DNA of 64,000 nt from an uncultured Spirochaetota bacterium (lineage in GTDB: Bacteria; Spirochaetota; Spirochaetia; JAFGXN01): positions 144,363 to 208,362 of the forward strand of contig CALXOJ010000001.1 of the NCBI GenBank assembly GCA_944390005.1. Direction: 5' to 3'. Of this stretch, positions 1 to 9,817 are shown one piece after another. The notes under the pieces were generated by a model. That model ran no database searches. It had not been told where the DNA came from and saw only the letters and a program-made list of their open reading frames with translations. Positions within the stretch are counted from its first letter, which is position 1, and the number at the start of each line of letters is the position of its first letter. Both the position numbers and the translations under genes were made by a program.

Positions 1-486
1 AAAAAAAGAGAGTAATTGAAATTCTTTTTTTCTCAATTCAATCGGTTGGCCGTCGCGCATGACTGCATGGGTGCGTTTATTGATTTCAAGGTCGTCGTAA
101 CGCAGAATCTCGCCTTTTTCAATAAAGCTGTTGCGTAAATTGGCCCGAATGCGCGCCAGTAACTCCTCGATTTCAAACGGTTTTGTAACGTAATCGACGG
201 CTCCGGAGTCCAAGCCTTCGACTTTTTCGGAAGTCTGAGCTTTTGCGGTCAGAAAGATAATCGGAACCTGTGTAATGCTCAGAATTTTTTTGCAGACAGT
301 CATTCCGTCCGGCTCGGGAATCATGATGTCGAGTAAAATCAAATCAAAATTCTCTTCCAAAGCGTATGTCAGAGCTTCTTTTCCGGTAAACGCCGTTGTT
401 GTTCGGTATCCTTCGTGCTGGAGTTCAAGCTCGATAAAACGGGAGAGTTTTTTTTCATCTTCAACAATCAAAATTTTCTCGTGCAT
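1..486 (-). CDS. OmpR/PhoB-type two-component response regulator (receiver + winged-helix), truncated by window start
   Basis: Minus-strand translation from ATG at 484-486 reads MHEKILIVEDEKKLSRFIELELQHEGYRTTTAFTGKEALTYALEENFDLILLDIMIPEPDGMTV...VDYVTKPFEIEELLARIRANLR, a receiver-domain signature (DD...D...T...K) followed by the OmpR-type C-terminal region. The ORF runs off the window edge. It is shorter than the track threshold on this strand only because it is partial. Confidence 0.8.
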   Translation of the reverse strand, partial: MHEKILIVEDEKKLSRFIELELQHEGYRTTTAFTGKEALTYALEENFDLILLDIMIPEPDGMTVCKKILSITQVPIIFLTAKAQTSEKVEGLDSGAVDYVTKPFEIEELLARIRANLRNSFIEKGEILRYDDLEINKRTHAVMRDGQPIELRKKEFQLLSFF

Positions 487-507
487 AAACCAAGGAATCT
501 TTTGTTC

Positions 508-1578
508 TTATTTTATCGTTTTTTCTTCGGTTTGTAAAGCCGATTTTTCTGTTCGGGAGCATCGGTCGCGCAAGGCGAAGTCAGCCAAAACAATTGCCGT
601 CATCGCTTCGATGACAGGAACGATACGCGGGCACAGGCACGGATCGTGGCGGCCGCGGAGGACGGCTTCGGTTTCCGTTCCGTCTTCGGTGCGGAAGAGC
701 TGCGGTTTGAAAATTGACGGAGTCGGTTTGACGGCAACGCGAAAAAAGAGCGGTTCGCTGTCGGAGATGCCGCCGAGTACGCCGCCGCTGTGTCCCGGAC
801 GGTTGTTTTCTGAACCGCAAAGAAGGGCTGCGCCGAATCCGCTGCCGAATTCGATTCCTTTGACGCTGCCTACGGAAAGAACGGCGTGCGCCAGTACCGC
901 ATCAAGCTTGTCAAAAACCGGTTCTCCCCATCCGACAGGAAGACCATCGGCTCGGCACGCAACAACGCCGCCGACGCTCTCTTTTTCGGCGGTTTTTGCT
1001 TTGATGTAGGCTTCCATTTCAGCTGCCGCTTCGGGGTCGCGGCAGCGCACCGCGTTGGATTCTGCGTTTTCGGGTGCGCCGTTTTTCGCTTCAATCGGAC
1101 CGATGCTTTCTGTCCATGCACAGATGCGGATTCCGTAAAGCCCGAGCAGTTTTTTCGCAACGGCGCCGGCCGCTACCCTCGCGGCGGTCTCTCTTCCGCT
1201 TGAACGGCCGCCTCCTCGGTAATCCCGCAGCCCGTATTTTTCAAACCAGCTTCGGTCGGCGTGCCCCGGACGGAAAAGGCGGGCAATGTCGCTGTAATCG
1301 GAAGAGCGCTGATTTTCATTGACAATGCGTATGGCAATCGGGGCTCCCGTTGTCACGCCTTCAAAGACTCCGGATTCGATAACGGCGGTGTCCGACTCTT
1401 TTCGCGGTGTGGTCACGGATGACTGACCCGGTCTGCGGCGGTTCAGCTCCTTCTGAATGTCGGCAGCCGATAACGGCAGTCCCGACGGACACCCGTCGAT
1501 GACAACGCCGAGCGCCGGACCGTGGGATTCTCCGTAAGTTGTTATTCTGAAAACGGTTCCGAATGTGTTTCCGCTCAT
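508..1578 (-). CDS. aroC: chorismate synthase
   Basis: 356 aa; MSGNTFGTVFRITTYGESHGPALGVVIDGCPSGL... is the canonical AroC N-terminus. Confidence 0.95.
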   Translation of the reverse strand: MSGNTFGTVFRITTYGESHGPALGVVIDGCPSGLPLSAADIQKELNRRRPGQSSVTTPRKESDTAVIESGVFEGVTTGAPIAIRIVNENQRSSDYSDIARLFRPGHADRSWFEKYGLRDYRGGGRSSGRETAARVAAGAVAKKLLGLYGIRICAWTESIGPIEAKNGAPENAESNAVRCRDPEAAAEMEAYIKAKTAEKESVGGVVACRADGLPVGWGEPVFDKLDAVLAHAVLSVGSVKGIEFGSGFGAALLCGSENNRPGHSGGVLGGISDSEPLFFRVAVKPTPSIFKPQLFRTEDGTETEAVLRGRHDPCLCPRIVPVIEAMTAIVLADFALRDRCSRTEKSALQTEEKTIK

Positions 1579-2162
1579 AAAGTTCCTCCGTTTTGGAATT
1601 CTTTCAGCAGAGCTGCCAACCGCTGCGTCCGTCGATCGACCGGTTCGTCGTTTTCCGCAGCCGTAAGTGTCGCGTCGGCTGTCTCTCGGTAAAGCTGCCG
1701 CCGTCTTTCATAGAGGCGGCTGAAAGCCGCTTTCGGGTCGTCGGATTCCAGAAACGGCGGTATTCCGCTTTTGACGATGCGTTCATACAGCCGCATTTGC
1801 GGCTCGTCGAGAAAGACGAAAAACGCGCCTGCCGCCTTGTAGATCGAAACGGCCGGCGGATTATCGCAGAGCCCTCCGCCGGCGGCTGCGATAATCGGTT
1901 TTTGTTCTGCGATGAGGGCCGCCGCGCGGCATTCGAGGTCTTTGAAAAAAGTTTCGCCTTTTTCCCGGAAAATTTCGCGGCAGCTTTTCTCCGCGTGATA
2001 TTCGCGGCGGTAAAGCGTTTCGATCACTTCATCCGAATCGGCAAAAGCGATACCGAGCTTTGCCGCCAACGCTTTTCCGCATAAACTCTTCCCCGAATGT
2101 TTGATTCCGCAGAGAAGGATGAGATTTGACGGCATCGAGAAGACCATATCGGTGCTTGTCAT
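1575..2162 (-). CDS. aroK: shikimate kinase
   Basis: P-loop LLCGIKHSGKS. The chosen ATG (MTSTDMVF...) is preceded by AAGGAAA at 7 nt. There is a 4-nt ATGA overlap with aroC. Confidence 0.85.
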   Translation of the reverse strand: MTSTDMVFSMPSNLILLCGIKHSGKSLCGKALAAKLGIAFADSDEVIETLYRREYHAEKSCREIFREKGETFFKDLECRAAALIAEQKPIIAAAGGGLCDNPPAVSIYKAAGAFFVFLDEPQMRLYERIVKSGIPPFLESDDPKAAFSRLYERRRQLYRETADATLTAAENDEPVDRRTQRLAALLKEFQNGGTL

Positions 2163-2314
2163 TCTATTTCCTTTTAACTTTAAGATAAAATCTATCAATC
2201 AATATTTTCTTATTATTTGATTTGTGCTATTCTGTATTCACCGTAGATTGTTTATTTACTATAATACAATACATCAAACAGAGTTTAAAAAGCAACCCCT
2301 TTCGGAGGTTTCGG

Positions 2315-3505
2315 GTGTTTGACAAACAAAAGCTGTTTAAAATTGGTGTTGTTTTCTTCGTTTTTATCGCCATTGCGGCAGTCCTGCTTCGGCTTCTGTT
2401 TTCGAAGACGACGCAGGCTCCCGAAACGACGATTCCTGTCGTTGTGACAAAGGGAATTCTCAGCGATTTACAGAAAGATTACAAAATTAACGCTTACATT
2501 GAGCCGAAAAACATGGTTCAGGTTCATTCGAAGGTCAGCGGCAATATCACCACATTCCGTGTTGACATCGGCGACAAAGTGAAGGCCGGCGACGAACTTC
2601 TCTTGATCAATGATGCTCCGTATCGTCTGCAGTTTGAGCAGGCATCGGCTGCCTACGACGGAATCGGCAAAATTTACGAACGGGTACGGCGGTCGTACAA
2701 TCAAGGCGTTGCGACTCAGCAAGAGTACGATGAAGCGCGGACCCGTTACGAAGCGACAAAGTCACAGTATGAACTGGCCAAGCTTCAGATGGATTATGCC
2801 CGCGTCGATTCGCCGATTGACGGAACCGTTTTACAGAAGTACGTCAGTACGGGACAGTTGGTTTCGCCCGACGTCGGTCTGCTTGTTGTCGCCGATTTGT
2901 CAGAGCTGGTTGTCCGCGCCAAGCTGCCGGAAGATAACTTTTTTCGATTCAATAAAGACCGGGATAAAATCACCGTTAAAATTAAACATCCTGCCGAAGA
3001 CACGCTGTATGCGGCTCATATCGAAAGAATCGGGGAGATGGTAGAGCCTCAGTCAAAGAATTTCGAGGTGGTCTGCAATCTGGATGAAGGCTACGATTTC
3101 CTTCGTCCCGGTATGTTTGTCAATGTCATTTTCATTCTTGAACGGAAAGAAGACGTTTACAGTCTGCCGATCCGGACTTTGGTTGGAGATGATGTGCTTT
3201 GGTACGTAAATCCTGATACAATGAGAGCCGAACGGATGATTTTTCAGCCGGTTTTTTCTGATGACGATTCGTTTGAAATTCCGAACGGATACAAAGATTA
3301 TTATTTCATTGTTGAAGGACAGAATTTTATTTACGACGGACAGCCGGTCTCTGTGAAAAATACTGACGATTATCCCGAACTCTCCGGAGAACAGCAGCCT
3401 GTTTCCGAATCGGAAAAAGAAGCTGCGGCTGTGCAAGAAACTTCCGGCGGTCAAGATGCCGAAACGGAAGCGGAAAGCGCCGTTGCGGAGGAATCGGCCG
3501 CATGA
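2315..3505 (+). CDS. RND efflux periplasmic adaptor (HlyD/membrane fusion protein)
   Basis: N-terminal TM segment, biotinyl/lipoyl-like hairpin (VSGNITTFRVDIGDKVKAGDELLLI), coiled coil and beta-barrel regions. The GTG start at about 2315 sits 6 nt after GGAGG. The C-terminus is acidic and low-complexity. Confidence 0.85.
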   Translation: MFDKQKLFKIGVVFFVFIAIAAVLLRLLFSKTTQAPETTIPVVVTKGILSDLQKDYKINAYIEPKNMVQVHSKVSGNITTFRVDIGDKVKAGDELLLINDAPYRLQFEQASAAYDGIGKIYERVRRSYNQGVATQQEYDEARTRYEATKSQYELAKLQMDYARVDSPIDGTVLQKYVSTGQLVSPDVGLLVVADLSELVVRAKLPEDNFFRFNKDRDKITVKIKHPAEDTLYAAHIERIGEMVEPQSKNFEVVCNLDEGYDFLRPGMFVNVIFILERKEDVYSLPIRTLVGDDVLWYVNPDTMRAERMIFQPVFSDDDSFEIPNGYKDYYFIVEGQNFIYDGQPVSVKNTDDYPELSGEQQPVSESEKEAAAVQETSGGQDAETEAESAVAEESAA

Positions 3506-6500
3506 AACCGTGGAATTTCGCCATTAAACATCCCGTCATTATCGGGATCATGTTGTTGACGATAGTGATGTTCGGCGGAATTTCTCTGACAACACTCAAG
3601 CAGGATTTGATTACCAATATATCGCTGCCGCAGATTGCCGTCTTTACGATTTATCCCGGCGCCGGACCGGAAGACGTCGAACAGGGCGTTACCGATATTC
3701 TTGAAGAGCGTTTCGCCGGTATTCAAGGCGTTGACAGCATTGAATCGTTTTCTCAAAATTCACTCTCGATGATTATTTTGATTTTCAATTCGGAAGCGGA
3801 CTTGGAACAAAAAATCAACGAGGTGCGGGCGGAAATCAACGCGTCAATGGTTTCGCTTCCTGATAACATCAGCGGAATGCCGATGGCGCTGGTTATGAGC
3901 TCCAACTTGTATCCGATCTTTTCTGCTCAGGTTGAGAGCACAATGAATCGGACTGTATTGACCGATTATATTCAGACAAAGGTTGTGCCGCTGCTCAGCC
4001 GTATCGAGGGTATTGCAACGGTCGATTTAGTCGGTTTGGCGGAACGGCAATTAGATATCGTTATTGATTTGGAAAAACTCGAATCGAGAAACATTTCCAT
4101 TCTCGATATTTATCAACTTTTGATGTACAATAATCTGACCTTTCCTGCGGGAAGCGTCAGTTACCGAGATAAGAAACTCAATGTCCGAACGGTCGGCAAC
4201 TTCAAAACCGTCAGCGACATCGGCGAAATGGTTGTCGGATACAAAGAGGATGAACGCAGTTTCGTTCTGTTGAAGGATATTGCTGTTATTAAAATTGTTG
4301 AAAAGAAACCGGATCACTACGCCGAATTCGGCGGGCAGTCGATTCTCGTTCTTGACATCCGAAAGAAATCCGACGGCGATTCGCTGGCGATTATCGATCA
4401 GGCGAAGGAGGTCTTCCGCCAGGTTTCACTGGATACCAACGGCGCTGTTGCGTTTACGCCGGTTATCGACAGTTCGTTTGATGTCAAGTTGGCGGTCAAT
4501 TCGGTGCGCGATTCGGCCGTACAAGGCGCCATTTTGGCGATTTTGGTTATTTTTCTTTTTCTCCACAATGTTCGGACGACTTTCATCATCGGATCGGCCA
4601 TTCCGCTCTCTGTTGTTATTTCTTTCATTTTTATGCGTTTCGGAAATCTCGACATCAACATCATTACGTTGGGCGGATTGACCGTCGCTATCGGTATGAT
4701 GGTCGACTCTGCCATCGTTATTTTGGAGAATACATACAACCACTTTGAGAAGACCGGCGACCGGAAAACCGCTTCTTCTGTCGGAGCGGGGGAGGTCGGC
4801 GGTGCTATTTTGGCTTCGACAACGACAACGCTGGCGGTTTTTGTTCCGATTCTCTTTTTGACCGGATTGGTTGGAGCCATTTTGAAAGACATCAGTCTGA
4901 CAATTTGTTTCGCAATTACCGCATCCGCCTTTGTTGCCGTCATTATTGTCCCATGGATGTGCTCACTGATGCTGAAACAGCCGCAGCCCGAAAAAGCGGG
5001 ACGAATCGGCCGTATTTATCAGATTGCGTCGAATAAAATCGATTTTGTCATTGATAAAGTCAGAGACGGTTACATTGCGGCGCTGCGGTGGGTGATCGGC
5101 AATAAAAAGTTTTTTGCGCTGCTGATGGTTCTGATTTTGATTCTCAGCGTGCTGCTCTTTTTGCTGCTCGGATTTACTTTCATTCCGTCGACCGATATGA
5201 ATGAATTCCAGATTGAAGTGACCGCGCCTTCCGGTTTTTCTCTGGAGCAGACGCGTGAAAAAATGAGAGAAATCGAAGCGATTGTCAACGAATTGGTTCC
5301 CGAGTTGGATTCGGGGTATTACTATACCGGTTTGTCGGGAGCGTACGACGTCGTTTACGTACCGAAGAAAGGCTTTGCTAAATTGCGTCTGATCCGCAAA
5401 TCGGAGCGTCCCGAAGTCGACGGGCGTGTGCGCAACGTTCAGGATGTCATTTTGCTGCTGCAGGAGGAAATTCCGGCGCGGGTGACCGACGTCAACGTTG
5501 TTGTTTCCAACGGCGGTATCGATAAAATGCTTTCGTATGCGACCGGCGGCGCCGGATTGGTGATCGAAGTTTTCGGCGAGGATTTCGACGACGTTTTACA
5601 GTCGGCGACCACCGTTTCCGAAATACTCAGCAAGGATCCCGGAATTTATAAAACCGGTATGAACGTTGTCACCACCGAGTATGAAGTCATCAACGAACTG
5701 ACGCTGCGGTATTTGAATTACCTCGGCATCACTCCGTTTGAAGCCGGCGTAACCTCTCGTATCATTTTCAACGGAATGGAAGTCGGACAGTTCAATGAGG
5801 ATGGCAAAAATTACACCATCAATTTGGTTTCCAATGTTGCCGGAGAGAGAATTACCGACGACATTCTCAACAAAATCCGCATCAAGAACCGACAGAACGA
5901 CTTTATCAGCTTTGAAAATATTTCGCAGATGCAAATCGAAAAGACAGTCGATCAAATTCCTCACATTGACCGAATGAAATCGATTGTGGTGACCGGTTAT
6001 CAGCGGGATCCCGACATCAAAGCCATCGGAGACCGGTTTACGGCGAAAATGAATGAAATTGTCTTACCGGGTGATGTACAGTGGAAAATCGGCGGTTCGT
6101 CTGAGTTGCTGACTTCATCCCTCGACAGTCTGGTGAAGGTGCTGCTGATTGCAATTTACCTCGTTTATGTTGTCATGGTGGTTCAGTTTGAGCGTTTCAT
6201 TCAGCCGTTCATCATTTTGGGCTCGATTCCGTTTGTCGTCATCGGTGTGGCGCTGACGCTGTTTTTGACGAATACACAAATTTCCCTCGTTTCGATGCTG
6301 GGAATCATTGCGTTGGCGGGAACGGTCGTCAATAACGCTATCGTTTTAGTCGATTTTACCAATTTATTGAGACGCGATTATAATATGGAATTGATGGACG
6401 CCGTCTACAAAGGCGCCGCGTCCCGTTTTAAGCCCATTATGATGACCACACTGACAACTATTTTGGGCGTTATTCCGATGGCGTTTGGAGGCGGCGAGGG

Positions 6501-6666
6501 CGCTGAAATTTACGCTCCGCTGGGTCTGACTATCGGCAGCGGTTTGATTACTTCTACTGCGGTTACCTTGTTTATCATTCCGATGCTTTATGCGACAGTC
6601 GAAAAGCGCATGGAAAATCGGAAACAAAAGAAAAAAATTGCAATTTCAGGGGAGGCTTCGAAATGA
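3502..6666 (+). CDS. RND family efflux transporter permease (AcrB/HAE1-like), 12 TM
   Basis: 1054 aa with characteristic length and TM/porter-domain layout. ATGA overlap with the upstream adaptor. Confidence 0.95.
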   Translation: MKPWNFAIKHPVIIGIMLLTIVMFGGISLTTLKQDLITNISLPQIAVFTIYPGAGPEDVEQGVTDILEERFAGIQGVDSIESFSQNSLSMIILIFNSEADLEQKINEVRAEINASMVSLPDNISGMPMALVMSSNLYPIFSAQVESTMNRTVLTDYIQTKVVPLLSRIEGIATVDLVGLAERQLDIVIDLEKLESRNISILDIYQLLMYNNLTFPAGSVSYRDKKLNVRTVGNFKTVSDIGEMVVGYKEDERSFVLLKDIAVIKIVEKKPDHYAEFGGQSILVLDIRKKSDGDSLAIIDQAKEVFRQVSLDTNGAVAFTPVIDSSFDVKLAVNSVRDSAVQGAILAILVIFLFLHNVRTTFIIGSAIPLSVVISFIFMRFGNLDINIITLGGLTVAIGMMVDSAIVILENTYNHFEKTGDRKTASSVGAGEVGGAILASTTTTLAVFVPILFLTGLVGAILKDISLTICFAITASAFVAVIIVPWMCSLMLKQPQPEKAGRIGRIYQIASNKIDFVIDKVRDGYIAALRWVIGNKKFFALLMVLILILSVLLFLLLGFTFIPSTDMNEFQIEVTAPSGFSLEQTREKMREIEAIVNELVPELDSGYYYTGLSGAYDVVYVPKKGFAKLRLIRKSERPEVDGRVRNVQDVILLLQEEIPARVTDVNVVVSNGGIDKMLSYATGGAGLVIEVFGEDFDDVLQSATTVSEILSKDPGIYKTGMNVVTTEYEVINELTLRYLNYLGITPFEAGVTSRIIFNGMEVGQFNEDGKNYTINLVSNVAGERITDDILNKIRIKNRQNDFISFENISQMQIEKTVDQIPHIDRMKSIVVTGYQRDPDIKAIGDRFTAKMNEIVLPGDVQWKIGGSSELLTSSLDSLVKVLLIAIYLVYVVMVVQFERFIQPFIILGSIPFVVIGVALTLFLTNTQISLVSMLGIIALAGTVVNNAIVLVDFTNLLRRDYNMELMDAVYKGAASRFKPIMMTTLTTILGVIPMAFGGGEGAEIYAPLGLTIGSGLITSTAVTLFIIPMLYATVEKRMENRKQKKKIAISGEASK

Positions 6667-8078
6667 AAAGATCGGTTTTATTGCTGTTGTTGGCGGTTTT
6701 TTTGCTGCCGATCGGCTGTGACGGAGTTTATGATACGTCCGTACAGGGCGTTGTAGTGGATTGGGATGATTACAACAGCGCTGCCGTGGAGGATCCCGGA
6801 ATTAACGACGTCGATGTTTATCTCTACCTTGATGAAACACTTTTGGATGAAGATTTGACGGCGTGGGGCAACGATGGAACACTTCCCGACAATCGTCTTA
6901 ATAAGAAAGGCGTCAAAGAGCAGGCCTATTATCAGAAAACCACGACGGCTTCTTCCGGCGGAGAAAACGGCGTGTTCAACTTCAACGGCTTAATGTGGCG
7001 AAATTTCTTCCCCGAATTCGGTAACGACGGAGACCGTGCAACGCTCTATTTTCTCTTCTATCATAAAGATTACGGCATGGTGAAAGCTGATAACCCCGTG
7101 ATTGCCACTTCAGGCGTCACCAACAAGTTGCCGCAGTTTCGAATCAAAAAAGCGCTGTGTGAAGTTATCCTCAGCGGTTATGTCGTCGATATGAATAAAA
7201 AGAAGGAAGGTTCCGGAAGCAAACTGCCGCTGCAGGGGGTGACTGTCGGTATTTATATGCCGATAGAATTCAACAGTTCGACGGGAGCTGCCGAAGCGTG
7301 GGAAACGGAGCCGAAGTACACGGTTCTGACCGATGCTGACGGTCGGTTTGAGCAGAAAATCAATTTTACAAAGCGAAATGAACCTGTCAACCAGAAGTGT
7401 ACGGTCAAACTCACTTTTGATCTGACCGATTATGTCGGTTATACTCTGACATCGGAAGCTGCCAACCAATACAGCGGTCTGAACGGAGATGCCGTCCCCG
7501 AAGTCGAACGTGATTCAGCCAACTGGGTTCTGCTCAACGGATCGGAAAGCGTTTCCCTGTCGTACAAAGGCTTTGACGGAACGGCTACGACAGTCTCGGA
7601 TATTTCCGAGAGCGTCGGCGGCGGAGCCGGTCCCGATTTTACGGAAAAATATGACATCGACAACGACGGTGAAGACGAAGTATGTTTGCCGGTGACGTTG
7701 ACCTGCAATACCGACAACCCCAACGGCAGCAGTTACCGGCTGGGCGAGAGCGTTTATCTGAAGCAGTACCGTTTTTCGACAACCGTTGCGGGAAGCATTT
7801 TGGACAGTACCGGAACAACGCTGAACGGAAGTGTCACACTCTCTTCCGCAGCCGATTATTCGAATTCAGAAACGACCAAGACTCAGTTAATCAGTTCAGG
7901 AGATACGCCTGTCTACGGATATTCAATGAGCTATTCGTGGACGGTTTACAATTACAGTACCGAGTATGCGTATCAGTTGGTTTACATGAAAGCGTCTGCC
8001 GGTTCTTCAAATATTGATAAAGGGGCGACGCTGATTTCCGGCCGTTCGGAAAATGCAGTGGACTTTATAAAACCATAA
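6663..8078 (+). CDS. lipoprotein of unknown function embedded in the RND operon (beta-sandwich CarboxypepD_reg/transthyretin-like repeats suspected)
   Basis: Signal peptide plus lipobox (LLPIGC). Motifs such as GYVVD...LQGVTVGIY...TDADGRF resemble carboxypeptidase-regulatory-like domains. ATGA overlap with the RND pump and 10 nt to the TolC-like gene. GGGGAGG ribosome-binding site. Confidence 0.6.
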   Translation: MKRSVLLLLLAVFLLPIGCDGVYDTSVQGVVVDWDDYNSAAVEDPGINDVDVYLYLDETLLDEDLTAWGNDGTLPDNRLNKKGVKEQAYYQKTTTASSGGENGVFNFNGLMWRNFFPEFGNDGDRATLYFLFYHKDYGMVKADNPVIATSGVTNKLPQFRIKKALCEVILSGYVVDMNKKKEGSGSKLPLQGVTVGIYMPIEFNSSTGAAEAWETEPKYTVLTDADGRFEQKINFTKRNEPVNQKCTVKLTFDLTDYVGYTLTSEAANQYSGLNGDAVPEVERDSANWVLLNGSESVSLSYKGFDGTATTVSDISESVGGGAGPDFTEKYDIDNDGEDEVCLPVTLTCNTDNPNGSSYRLGESVYLKQYRFSTTVAGSILDSTGTTLNGSVTLSSAADYSNSETTKTQLISSGDTPVYGYSMSYSWTVYNYSTEYAYQLVYMKASAGSSNIDKGATLISGRSENAVDFIKP

Positions 8079-8088
8079 GGAGTCGGAC

Positions 8089-9774
8089 GTGGAAATAAAA
8101 ATGAAAGGGAGAACGCTGCCTTTCGCCGTTTTTTTCCTGTTTCTCTCCCTCTTTGCTTTCGGTGAAAAGAAAAGCTACACCGAGGTGATAACCACCGATC
8201 CCCTTGTCGAGAAAGGGCTTTCGGTCTCTGCTGGAAAGAAAATCGGCATTTGGCGTCCTCCGACAGAAAAAAAAGAGCTCCCGACTGACCGAAAAATTAC
8301 ATTGGAAGATTTGATTGAGCATGCGCTGACAAACAATGCTGAATTGGGGCAGATGCGCTCGGAGGTTAATCAGGCTAAAATCGGCGTTATGGGGGCGAAG
8401 GCCAACTATTTCCCCAAAGTCGATTTTCAGGCGTCGATGACATGGTTTTTGAATCCGCTGAAAGAGATCGGTTTGAAACAGGGTGAATTGGGGATCGTCG
8501 AAATTCCCAACGTCGGTTCTGTAATGCTTCCGATGGAGGATTACAGCCTCTATGATGCCCGCGACAATTCGTTTTATCGGTTTGTCTTTACATTGGAGCA
8601 ACCGATCTTCACATGGGGAAAAATTCCTGCCGCCGTCAAACTCTATCGGGAAGCCGCTCGGGCTGCTGAGCTGAAGTGCGCCCGCAAAGAGAGAGAATTG
8701 GAAGCATCCGTCAACGGCTATTACTTTTCGATTTATTATTTGAATCAAATTTCAGCCGCATTGGGCGAACAGATGCAGTATTCGGATCGGCTGCTGCTTT
8801 TAACCCGCTCCAGTTACGAAAACGGATTCATCACCTTGACCGACTTTCAGGACGTTCAAACGAAGGTCAAAGACGTTCAGATTGCCGATTCGCGCGTTAA
8901 AGACAGCTTTAACATGATCCGATACAAATTGATCGCGGCTCTCGGCGGAACGAATATCGATTTGGAAAATATCGATTTTACCGGAGCGGAAGAGCGGCTG
9001 GCGGAGTTTGAAACCGCCGACTGGATGAAAACTCTCGACGAATACGTTTCCCAGGCGAAGGCGGCGAGCGTTGAAATGGATTTATTGCGCGCTCAGGTTG
9101 AAGTTTATGAACAAAAGTATGATATCGCCAAGGCGGACAGCTACTTGAAACCGGCGGTCGGAATGCAGGTTCAGGCAGGATTTTCGGGAACGGCATTTCC
9201 GTTTTTGGAACGCGGCTGGTATACAAGCGGTTCGCCGATTTTAAGCGCTTCGATCGGAATTCAGTCGCGTATTTTGGACGGCGGAGACCGTCTTTCGACG
9301 ATTATGCTCGGCGAACAGGAGCTGCAAAACGCGAAGTATCAGCTTCAGTCCGGGGAATTTACCATCGAATCGACAGTTTCGACTTTGTACTCGAATATCG
9401 AATACAATTACACCAACATTGCGTATTTGAAAGATCAAGAGGCCAATTATCAGCGTTTGGCCGATCGGCAACGGATTCGCTATAACGCCGGGCAACTGCG
9501 GGAAATCGATTATTTGCGCAGTCTGATTGAGTATCAGACCAGTCTGATTTCGACGGCGAACGAACGAATCACATTGGTCGGAAATTATTTTCAGCTGATG
9601 TACTTAATCGATAATGTCGACGGAAAAGACGAGCCGGTTGTAACGGAAGAGGTGATAGCCGATTCGCCGGAGGCAGAGCCCGGAAACGGGACTGCTGCCG
9701 AAAACGCGGGCGAAGCGGCATCTGAAACCGCGCAGACCGCCGCAACCGAAACACCGGCCGCTCAGGCGGAGTAA
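8089..9774 (+). CDS. TolC-family outer membrane efflux channel
   Basis: Signal peptide, two outer-membrane-efflux-protein repeats with coiled-coil heptads, last gene of the operon. C-terminal acidic Ala/Glu/Thr tail. Confidence 0.85.
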   Translation: MEIKMKGRTLPFAVFFLFLSLFAFGEKKSYTEVITTDPLVEKGLSVSAGKKIGIWRPPTEKKELPTDRKITLEDLIEHALTNNAELGQMRSEVNQAKIGVMGAKANYFPKVDFQASMTWFLNPLKEIGLKQGELGIVEIPNVGSVMLPMEDYSLYDARDNSFYRFVFTLEQPIFTWGKIPAAVKLYREAARAAELKCARKERELEASVNGYYFSIYYLNQISAALGEQMQYSDRLLLLTRSSYENGFITLTDFQDVQTKVKDVQIADSRVKDSFNMIRYKLIAALGGTNIDLENIDFTGAEERLAEFETADWMKTLDEYVSQAKAASVEMDLLRAQVEVYEQKYDIAKADSYLKPAVGMQVQAGFSGTAFPFLERGWYTSGSPILSASIGIQSRILDGGDRLSTIMLGEQELQNAKYQLQSGEFTIESTVSTLYSNIEYNYTNIAYLKDQEANYQRLADRQRIRYNAGQLREIDYLRSLIEYQTSLISTANERITLVGNYFQLMYLIDNVDGKDEPVVTEEVIADSPEAEPGNGTAAENAGEAASETAQTAATETPAAQAE

Positions 9775-9783
9775 CGCTTTTTC

Positions 9784-9815
9784 AAACGGCTGTCTCCTGA
9801 CAGCCGTTTTTTTTC
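9784..9815 (+). terminator. rho-independent terminator between convergent genes
   Basis: AAACGGCTGTC-tcct-GACAGCCGTTT (11-bp stem) followed by T8, immediately after the TolC-like stop. Could also serve the convergent minus-strand gene (weaker U-tract). Confidence 0.8.
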
Positions 9816-9817
9816 TT

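Noticed and set aside
275-1009. 244-aa + strand ORF (Ser/Pro/Arg-rich)
   Set aside because: Entirely antisense to well-supported aroC and the response regulator, with low-complexity composition and no start context.
4398-4943. 181-aa minus ORF within the RND permease; 251-aa minus ORF at 54881-55636 within murC; 203-aa minus ORF at 22488-23099 within truA/UDG; 169-aa + ORF at 34667-35176 within rel/spoT
   Set aside because: All fully nested antisense to genes with strong family signatures. None has a ribosome-binding site or a recognisable motif.
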